A stretch of 63,761 nt of DNA, filler included, from Desulfonatronovibrionaceae bacterium (GTDB lineage Bacteria > Desulfobacterota > Desulfovibrionia > Desulfovibrionales > Desulfonatronovibrionaceae): assembly GCA_046539845.1 (NCBI GenBank). It is 3 parts of 3 records of this genome, joined end to end, with 100 filler letters (N's around TTAATTAATTAA, not from the genome) between each part and the next. Parts side by side here need not be neighbours in the genome. Positions count along the whole stretch, not along the records: positions 52,367 to 63,761 come from JBKHGE010000059.1; 2 more parts are not named here. One strand, 5' to 3'. The notes under the pieces were generated by a model. The model saw only the letters and a program-made list of their open reading frames with translations. It had not been told where the DNA came from and did not search any database. Of the stretch, positions 56,739 through 63,761 are shown piece by piece; the stretch's first letter is position 1, and the number at the start of each line of letters is the position of its first letter. The position numbers and the translations under genes are program-made.

Positions 56739-59321
56739 ATGCAGATAGACGAACACGGCGGAAATATCCATAAACTGGCCCAAGAAGCGGGCTGCCCCCC
56801 GGAAGAAATCCTGGACTTCTCTGCAAGCATAAACCCCTTGGGTCCGCCGGATTGGCTCCCGCTTATGCTCCAAACCGGCACCATGTCCGTGCAGCATTAT
56901 CCGGATCCGGAGGCGAAAACGGCCCGGACCCGGGCAGCAAATTGCTTCGGTGTACCTGCGGAGGAAATAGTCTGCGGCAACGGCTCCTCCGAACTTTTGG
57001 ACGCCGCCTTGCGCGCCTGCTCCCGGGAGCGGGCCGTAATCCCGGTCCCGGCCTATATTGATTACGAACGAAGTGCCCGCCGGGCCGGGCTGAACACAGA
57101 CGTTATCCCTTTACGGCAGCAGACCGGATTCCTCCCGGATTTCACGGCCATTTGCTCGGCCCTGAAAAACGGACCGGCCGCAGTCATCCTGGGCCAGCCT
57201 AACAATCCCACCGGAGTGACCTTTGCCCCGGACGGGTTGCGCCAAGCCGCACTGGACTTTCCGGATTCTTTGTTTATCGTGGACGAGGCCTTTGCCGATT
57301 TTGTCCCCGGTCTGGACCGGCTGCACAGCCGGCGGCCGCCAAACGTACTCACCCTGTATTCCATGACCAAATTCTATTCCGTGCCCGGCCTGCGGGTGGG
57401 GCTGGCCTTCGGTCCGGAGCGGTTGATCCGGGCGATACAGGCTATCCTTCCGGACTGGAGCGTGAACTCCCTGGCCCAGGAATTCATCCGCCGGGCACTT
57501 GAAGATCGATCCTTTTTCCAAAAAAGTGTACAGATGAACGCTTGGGCCCGGGATAGGCTGAAAAAAGACCTGGAAGATCTTGGGATCGGGGTAGTGCCGG
57601 GCCGGGCCAATTTCCTTTTGTCCCGCCTCCCAGACGGTATTTGCGCTTCAGAGCTCAACCGCTTCCTCCTCCGGGAGCACCGGATGGCGGTGCGGGTGTG
57701 CTCCAATTTTACCGGCCTGGACAAAAGTTATTTCCGAACCGCGGTGCGCCAGGAAGAAGAGAACCAAAGACTTGTTTGCGGCATCCGGGATTTTCTGCAC
57801 CCCGGCCGGAGCCGGGTCATAAAAAGACCGGCGCGAAAACCACAAAAACCGGCCCTCATGATCCAGGGCACCTGTTCCAACGCAGGCAAAAGCATCCTGG
57901 CCGCCGGCTTCTGCCGCCTTTTGGCCCGGGAAGGGCTCCAGCCCGGACCGTTTAAATCCCAAAACATGTCCCTAAATTCCTTTGTCACCCGGGAAGGCCT
58001 GGAAATGGGCCGGGCCCAGGCGGTGCAGGCCCGGGCCTGCGGCCTGGAACCCTCGGTAGACATGAACCCGGTACTATTGAAACCCGGATCGGACACCGGT
58101 GCTCAGGTCATTGTTCAGGGCCGGGCGGTGGACAACATGCAGGTCAACGCATATTTCGCCTACAAGCAGGGTCTGTGGGAAAAGATCCGGGACTCGTACG
58201 CCCGGGTGCAGGAGAACGCGGACATAATGGTTTTGGAGGGGGCCGGAAGCCCGGCGGAGATAAATCTCAAGAGTCAGGACATCGTGAACATGAACTTGGC
58301 CGCTTGGGCCGGGGCCAGGGTGCTCATCGCCGGGGATATTGACCGCGGCGGGGTGTTCGCCTCCTTTGCCGGGACAATGGCCCTGCTCGAGCCTGAAGAG
58401 AGAGACCTGGTTTTGGGCTTTATCATCAATAAATTCCGGGGCCAAAAGGACCTTCTGACCCCGGCCCTGGAGCACTGCCGCCTGCACAACCGCAAATCAG
58501 TCCTGGGTATTGTCCCCTATATCCCGGATCTGAATCTCCCGGACGAGGACTCGGTCAGCCTGAAGACTTCCCCGCAGCTAGCGTTTCCGGGCCGGGAGAT
58601 AAACATCGGGTTCGTGGATCTGCCTCATTTATCTAATTTCAACGATCTCGATCCCCTGAAGATGGAACCGGACGTGGGGCTGCAAGTAGTCCGGGAACGC
58701 CGGCCCGAGCATTCCGGTCTGGATGCCTTGGTCATCCCCGGGAGCAAAAACGTGATCCGCGATTTTTGGCAGTTCACGGACTGGGGTCTGGACGGGCTGG
58801 TGCAGGAACTTGCGGACCGGGGCCGTGAAGTGGTGGGTATTTGTGGTGGCTTTCAGATGCTCGGGCAAAGCATAAGCGACCCGCACCGGATTGAATCCGC
58901 TGCAAGCAGGACCCCGGGGCTGGGGATTTTATCCATGCGCACCTCGCTTGCCTCGGAAAAGCGTCTTGTTCAGATCTCCGGAATGGACCAACGCTTTTTT
59001 TGCCCGGTTTCCGGATATGAGATACACCACGGGGAGACTGAGCACGACAATGTCCTGAAACCGGTCATAACCGGGGAAAACGGATTGGTTCTGGGACTGG
59101 CCCACGAAAAGCTCCAGGTATGGGGGACATATATGCACGGAGTATTTGACGCAGACGGATTCAGGAGGAAATGGCTGGACAGCCTACGCACCCGCAAAGG
59201 TCTGAGGCCTTACTCCGGGCCGCGGGCGGCCTACGACCCAGAGCCGGCCCTGGACCGGCTGGCGGACACCCTGCAGGAGCACACGGACATCAGGACCATC
59301 TTCAAATCTTTGGGGATATGA
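56739..59321 (+). CDS. cobQ: fused L-threonine-O-3-phosphate decarboxylase (CobD) and cobyric acid synthase (CobQ)
   Basis: HGGN, DFSASINPLG, PNNPTG, DEAF, SMTKFYSVPGLRVG (PLP Lys); then QGTCSNAGKS, FKSQNMSLNS, EGAGSPAE, DIDRGG, GICGGFQMLG, GYEIH, GTYMHG. Confidence 0.93.
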   Translation: MQIDEHGGNIHKLAQEAGCPPEEILDFSASINPLGPPDWLPLMLQTGTMSVQHYPDPEAKTARTRAANCFGVPAEEIVCGNGSSELLDAALRACSRERAVIPVPAYIDYERSARRAGLNTDVIPLRQQTGFLPDFTAICSALKNGPAAVILGQPNNPTGVTFAPDGLRQAALDFPDSLFIVDEAFADFVPGLDRLHSRRPPNVLTLYSMTKFYSVPGLRVGLAFGPERLIRAIQAILPDWSVNSLAQEFIRRALEDRSFFQKSVQMNAWARDRLKKDLEDLGIGVVPGRANFLLSRLPDGICASELNRFLLREHRMAVRVCSNFTGLDKSYFRTAVRQEEENQRLVCGIRDFLHPGRSRVIKRPARKPQKPALMIQGTCSNAGKSILAAGFCRLLAREGLQPGPFKSQNMSLNSFVTREGLEMGRAQAVQARACGLEPSVDMNPVLLKPGSDTGAQVIVQGRAVDNMQVNAYFAYKQGLWEKIRDSYARVQENADIMVLEGAGSPAEINLKSQDIVNMNLAAWAGARVLIAGDIDRGGVFASFAGTMALLEPEERDLVLGFIINKFRGQKDLLTPALEHCRLHNRKSVLGIVPYIPDLNLPDEDSVSLKTSPQLAFPGREINIGFVDLPHLSNFNDLDPLKMEPDVGLQVVRERRPEHSGLDALVIPGSKNVIRDFWQFTDWGLDGLVQELADRGREVVGICGGFQMLGQSISDPHRIESAASRTPGLGILSMRTSLASEKRLVQISGMDQRFFCPVSGYEIHHGETEHDNVLKPVITGENGLVLGLAHEKLQVWGTYMHGVFDADGFRRKWLDSLRTRKGLRPYSGPRAAYDPEPALDRLADTLQEHTDIRTIFKSLGI

Positions 59322-59322
59322 A

Positions 59323-60729
59323 ATGGACTTTCGGGTGGAAAAGGACAGCCTGGGCAAGAGACAGGTCCCGGTCGAGGCTTACTATGGGGTACAGACGGTC
59401 CGGGCCATGGAGAATTTCCAGATCACTGGCATCCCCATCTCCCATTACAGCCGCCTCATCCAGGCCTTGGCCTGCATCAAAAAGGCGGCCGCCCTGAGCA
59501 ATCGCGAATTGGGGATTTTGGACCGGGAAAAGAGCGAGGCCATTTCCGAGGCCTGCCGCGAAGTCCGACAGGGCTTCTGGGACGAGCACTTTCCGGTGGA
59601 CGTGATCCAGGGCGGGGCCGGGACCTCGGTGAACATGAACGCCAACGAAGTCATCTGCAACCGGGCTTTGGAGATCATGGGCCGCTCCAAGGGTCAATAC
59701 CGGTATCTGCACCCCAACAACCACGTCAATCTCTCCCAGTCCACCAACGACGTCTACCCCACCGCCCTGCGCATAGCCTGCATCTGGTACGCCAGGGAAT
59801 TGATCCCGGAACTGGAGGGGCTGAAAAAGAGTTTTGCGCACAAGGGAAAAGAGTTTTCGCATGTGCTCAAGATGGGCCGTACCCAGCTCCAAGACGCGGT
59901 GCCCATGACCCTGGGCCAGGAGTTCAGCGCCTTCGCGGTGACTATAGGCGAGGACGTGCAGAGGCTTGAGGAGGCGCTCAGGCTCCTGCACGAGATAAAC
60001 ATGGGAGCCACGGCCATAGGCACGGGTATAAACACGGTGCCCGGGTATTCCGAGCTTGTGAGCTCCAGGCTGGCCGACATTACCGGCTTAAAACTGGTCC
60101 GCTCCGGGAATCTGGTCGAGGCCACCAGCGACACCGGGGTCTTTGTCCAGCTTTCCGGCATCCTTAAGCGCATAAGCGTCAAGCTATCCAAAATCTGCAG
60201 CGATCTACGGCTGCTCTCTTCCGGGCCGTACACCGGTCTACGGGAGATAAACCTGCCCCCGGTGCAGCCGGGATCGTCCATCATGCCCGGCAAGGTCAAT
60301 CCGGTCCTGCCGGAAATGGTCAACCAAGTCTGCTACCAGGTGGTGGGCAACGACCTGACCGTGACCATGGCCTCGGAATCCGGGCAGCTGCAGCTGAACG
60401 TATTCGAGCCCATAATCGCATTCAACCTCTTTCAGTCCCTGCAGGTGCTTACAAACGCCTGCTCCATTCTGCGCCGCAGGTGCATCGACGGGATCACCGC
60501 CAATAAGGACACGTGCATGCACATGGTCCGGGAATCCTGCGGGCTTATAACCGCCCTGGTCCCCCGTATGGGATATGAGGCCGCGGCCGAGTTGGCCCGG
60601 GAGGCGCAGCAAGAAGGCAGATCCATCTATGACCTGGTCTTGGAAAAAGGGCTTATGAGCGAGGAGGAACTCGGTGAGTGTTTGGATCCGGCGGGCATGA
60701 CCTGCCCGCGCGATTTGGAGATAAAATAA
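59323..60729 (+). CDS. aspA: aspartate ammonia-lyase
   Basis: YYGVQT.RA.ENF, QGGAGTSVNMNANEV, SQSTND, KMGRTQLQDAVP, GSSIMPGKVNPV, LQLNVFEP. Confidence 0.93.
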   Translation: MDFRVEKDSLGKRQVPVEAYYGVQTVRAMENFQITGIPISHYSRLIQALACIKKAAALSNRELGILDREKSEAISEACREVRQGFWDEHFPVDVIQGGAGTSVNMNANEVICNRALEIMGRSKGQYRYLHPNNHVNLSQSTNDVYPTALRIACIWYARELIPELEGLKKSFAHKGKEFSHVLKMGRTQLQDAVPMTLGQEFSAFAVTIGEDVQRLEEALRLLHEINMGATAIGTGINTVPGYSELVSSRLADITGLKLVRSGNLVEATSDTGVFVQLSGILKRISVKLSKICSDLRLLSSGPYTGLREINLPPVQPGSSIMPGKVNPVLPEMVNQVCYQVVGNDLTVTMASESGQLQLNVFEPIIAFNLFQSLQVLTNACSILRRRCIDGITANKDTCMHMVRESCGLITALVPRMGYEAAAELAREAQQEGRSIYDLVLEKGLMSEEELGECLDPAGMTCPRDLEIK

Positions 60730-60752
60730 AATAGAGGGTAAAAGGACTCGCG

Positions 60753-61544
60753 ATGTATCGGGAAATTGGCCGGGCGTTTCAGGAATTCTACAAGGACAAG
60801 GGGCTGTTGAAAACCGCCGCCCTGGCCTATTACGCCACCCTTTCCTTCATCCCCATGGTCTTTTTGCTTCTGTCCATCGCCGGGTTGTTCTTCGAGGACA
60901 GCAAATGGCTGCAGGACTTTCTCTTCAGCAAACTGTCCATACTCCCCTGGGCCAAAAAGGACCTCTTGACCCAGGTGGCCAAACTGCGCAACCAGGCGGC
61001 CAACCTGGGCATTTTAAGCATCCTGTTCATCATCTGGACATCGGGCATGTTTTTCAGCGCCCTGCAGGCCAGTCTGAATTCCATCCTGGTCCCGGAAAAA
61101 AAGACCTTCAACCTGATGCGCTTAGGCCTTCCCTGGCTTACCAGCCCGATCCTCGGGGCGCTGGTAACCGCCTCCATGCTCATGGTCCATGTCTGGGGAT
61201 ACCTCCCTACCGGATTCATACCCAGCAAGGTCTCAGCTGGCCTATGGACCTGGATTATCTATTCCGGGATTATCTTGTTTTTGTATCAAATGTTCGCCCG
61301 CTCCAGGCCGAGATTCCTACCCAGCCTGGCTGTGAGTTTGGTAATCGGGATCTTGAGCCAGCTGATCACCAGATTCATTGCGGTCATTTTATGGAGCAAA
61401 CCGGAATACAGCCTGGTCTACGGGACCCTGTCCTCGGTAATTCTTTTTTTGCTCTGGCTGAACTACAATATGGTCCTCATCCTGATCGGGGCCTATTTTT
61501 TGAAGCACTGGCGGAAAAGGAGGGAAACGTGGGAAAAGGCTTGA
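60753..61544 (+). CDS. YihY/virulence factor BrkB family membrane protein
   Basis: AALAYY..LS..P, Y..VYGTL..V...LLWL.Y.....LIGA. Confidence 0.88.
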   Translation: MYREIGRAFQEFYKDKGLLKTAALAYYATLSFIPMVFLLLSIAGLFFEDSKWLQDFLFSKLSILPWAKKDLLTQVAKLRNQAANLGILSILFIIWTSGMFFSALQASLNSILVPEKKTFNLMRLGLPWLTSPILGALVTASMLMVHVWGYLPTGFIPSKVSAGLWTWIIYSGIILFLYQMFARSRPRFLPSLAVSLVIGILSQLITRFIAVILWSKPEYSLVYGTLSSVILFLLWLNYNMVLILIGAYFLKHWRKRRETWEKA

Positions 61545-61692
61545 TCTTGTCAGTATATGTCAAAGGGCTTGATCCATGCTTGAATTTTTGATTTACAAAT
61601 TTTTGGTTTTCATTTCTTGGAAAATAAGCCAAAAATAGGACTTGAATAACCGAATAATAGATCCCTTTTTTCCTAACCGCCCAGGAGATATT

Positions 61693-63018
61693 ATGATCGG
61701 CGGACTGTCCAGGATACTGCTTTATATGGGCATTATCATTATCCCCATGTCGATGGTCACAATTGGGGGCAGGGGGTCGGCTCAGGGATTTATCTATGAA
61801 CTGGGCAGGAATGCGGGTCTTGTGGCGGTTATGATCCTTTTCAGCCAAGTGTTGCTGGCGGCGCGGATCAAATGGATCGAACGGCCGTTCGGCCTGGATA
61901 TCCTGCTCAGATTCCACAAATACATGGGAATAACTGCCGCTTTTTTGCTGCTGGCGCATCCGCTTTTGCTGGCCGCCGGCTCTGGCCGTCTGGACCTATT
62001 GATTTCACTGAAACAGCCCGTTTACATCTGGCTAGGAAAGGCTGGCCTAGTGCTGCTTTTAGCCCATACCGGCTTCAGTTTATACTCCTCCCGGCTGAAT
62101 CTGCAATTCGAAACCTGGCGCCTTATCCATGATATCCTGGCGCCGGTGCTTATCGCCGTGGCTTTTATCCATTCCCTAGCCACCGGGAGTGATTTGCAGC
62201 AGCCTCTGATGCAGGGCCTTTGGTTCGTTTTCTTGATCATTGCCGCCGGGGTTTATGGCTGGCACCTTCTTATCCGGCCGATTCGCCTCAAAAAACGCCC
62301 GTGGCAGGTGGTTGAAGTGCTGCCGGAGGCCCCCAATGTATGGACAGTAAAGCTCTCCCCGCCGGCCGGGAAAAGCATATATGACTACCTCCCCGGGCAG
62401 TTCCAGTTTATCACCTTTTATCGCGGCCGCAACCTGCCGGTGGAAGAGCATCCCTGGACCATTTCCTCCAGCCCGACGGAGAAAAAATATATTTCTTCCA
62501 CAATCAAGTCGTTAGGCGATTTTACCGCCAGCATTAAAGACACCCGGCCCGGGGACACGGCTGCGGTGCATGGCCCCTTCGGCCGATTCTCGCATGTACT
62601 AAACCCGAAAGAAAACGACTTGGTGTTTGTGGCCGGCGGCATTGGGATTACGCCGCTTATGAGCATGCTTAGATACATGCGGGACAAAAAAGAAAAGAAG
62701 CGCTCTGTGCTTTTGCTCTTCGGCAACCCGAATACCGAACAGATTGTGTTTCGCCGTGAGCTCGAGAAAATCGAGTCCGGGGGAGTGCCCCGGCTGAAAG
62801 TGGTGCACGTGCTGTCGGCCCCGGAAGAAGACTGGAGCGGAGAACGCGGCCATATTGATCAGGAAAAGATCACCCGCCTTGGCGGCTCTGACCTTTCCGG
62901 TAAAAGCTTTTATGTCTGTGGCCCGCCGCCGCTGGTAAACGACGTGGTCAATACCCTGCTGAATATGGGGGTCTCGTACCGCCAAATACACGTCGAGATT
63001 TTTTCCTTCCTGGATTAA
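61693..63018 (+). CDS. ferric-reductase-like transmembrane + FAD/NAD(P)H-binding oxidoreductase (bacterial NOX-like)
   Basis: Two His pairs in TM helices (FHK..LAH; IHD..FIH), PGQF, EEHPWTISS, GPFG, AGGIGITP, CGP, E.F C-terminus; AGGAG RBS before ATG 61693. Confidence 0.88.
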   Translation: MIGGLSRILLYMGIIIIPMSMVTIGGRGSAQGFIYELGRNAGLVAVMILFSQVLLAARIKWIERPFGLDILLRFHKYMGITAAFLLLAHPLLLAAGSGRLDLLISLKQPVYIWLGKAGLVLLLAHTGFSLYSSRLNLQFETWRLIHDILAPVLIAVAFIHSLATGSDLQQPLMQGLWFVFLIIAAGVYGWHLLIRPIRLKKRPWQVVEVLPEAPNVWTVKLSPPAGKSIYDYLPGQFQFITFYRGRNLPVEEHPWTISSSPTEKKYISSTIKSLGDFTASIKDTRPGDTAAVHGPFGRFSHVLNPKENDLVFVAGGIGITPLMSMLRYMRDKKEKKRSVLLLFGNPNTEQIVFRRELEKIESGGVPRLKVVHVLSAPEEDWSGERGHIDQEKITRLGGSDLSGKSFYVCGPPPLVNDVVNTLLNMGVSYRQIHVEIFSFLD

Positions 63019-63041
63019 TCTTTTAAAAGGAGAAGAGGACC

Positions 63042-63404
63042 ATGCGAAAAGTTCAGCTCAAACAGACGACGATCGGCACCATTATAGTCATTTTTGTTTC
63101 GATTATTGCCCTGGCCGGGCTCCGGTCCCGGGTAACGGCCGATATGCCGCCTGATGAGGGCGCAACGCTTTTCAAATCAAAAGGCTGTGCCAGCTGTCAT
63201 CTCACAGACAGCCAGGAGACCAAATCCGGTCCCGGCTTAAAAGGGCTTTTTGACCGCGAGGACCTTCCGAAAAGCGGCCGTCCGCTCACCACGGAGAATG
63301 TACACAACCAAATCATTGATCCCCATGAGAATATGCCCTCATTTGAAAACCAATTGACCAAGGAACAGATTGAGGCAATTGTCGGATATCTGAAAACACT
63401 TTAA
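63042..63404 (+). CDS. monoheme class I cytochrome c (exported or membrane-anchored)
   Basis: N-terminal hydrophobic helix, CASCH, GPGLKGL, axial Met in NMP. Confidence 0.9.
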   Translation: MRKVQLKQTTIGTIIVIFVSIIALAGLRSRVTADMPPDEGATLFKSKGCASCHLTDSQETKSGPGLKGLFDREDLPKSGRPLTTENVHNQIIDPHENMPSFENQLTKEQIEAIVGYLKTL

Positions 63405-63492
63405 TCAGATTCCCCGTCAGGATTTGGAAAAATTCGCAGGGCTCGAATTAAATGGGTGCTTGCAGCCCGAAACGATTCCGGCTGGAGGTATT

Positions 63493-63590
63493 GAAAAGAC
63501 AACGCTGCCGTGTACGCGATTGAAGCCCTGTTTGCGACTACAGCGCTGATTTTGGGGGCAAAAATAACGCCCTTAGAGGCAAAAGCGGAC
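63493..63590 (+). repeat. diverged dispersed repeat, copy 2
   Basis: Colinear similarity to 51670-51768. Confidence 0.6.
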
Positions 63591-63761
63591 CTCCGAGGGA
63601 CATATTAAGCGATATTTGAGCCAGTTATGGAGGTTTGACCCGGGTGCGGGTTCGGTAGTTAAATTTGTAAAGCCGCACTGCCAGCCAGAGTGGTGCTTGG
63701 CCAGAGTGCGGCTTCTTGAGGAGGGATTAGGATAACTAGCCTTCAGACCAGTTCTTTATAT

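Noticed and set aside
1..63761. CRISPR array, rRNA, prophage or defence island
   Set aside because: No regularly spaced repeats, cas genes, rRNA-like tracts or phage genes seen

Overview
Mostly housekeeping, signalling and metabolic genes from a moderately GC-rich bacterium. Gene content and protein style point to a sulfate-reducing deltaproteobacterium (Desulfovibrionales-like; inferred, not searched). The window is not continuous: two 100-nt artificial linkers (N44-TTAATTAATTAA-N44, at 26106-26205 and 52267-52366) join three contigs. Contig 1 has thiDN, proC, ndk, murA, an MCP, rlmH, fused sucCD, lysA, mutS, lapAB-like genes, a HIT hydrolase, a heme-c sensor kinase with a sigma54 activator, an A-adding tRNA nucleotidyltransferase, xerD, folK and transaldolase. 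Contig 2 has fabF, an acyl-CoA ligase, tRNA-Ala(CGC), tRNA-Thr(CGT), DUF1566, Cache, CDF, TrmJ-like, DUF4139, GGDEF, GT4 and TPR genes, a binding protein plus hybrid kinase, DUF362, an ADP-forming acetate-CoA ligase and an MBL-rhodanese. Contig 3 has a split permease, a lactonase-like MBL, TrmO-like and SLOG-like genes, a cobD-cobQ fusion, aspA, YihY, a NOX-like reductase and cytochrome c. No CRISPR array, intact transposase, prophage or rRNA was seen. The best candidate for a hidden system is a ~137-nt minus-strand sRNA at about 16710-16846. It has a sigma54 -24/-12 promoter, a 5' hairpin, an unpaired linker with two anti-Shine-Dalgarno CCUCCU motifs, and a terminator. It is transcribed divergently from the heme-c kinase / sigma54-activator pair, a LuxO/Qrr-like layout. 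Also notable are a frameshifted orphan gene, a diverged ~100-bp dispersed repeat, strong-RBS micro-ORFs flanking fabF, and several gene fusions.
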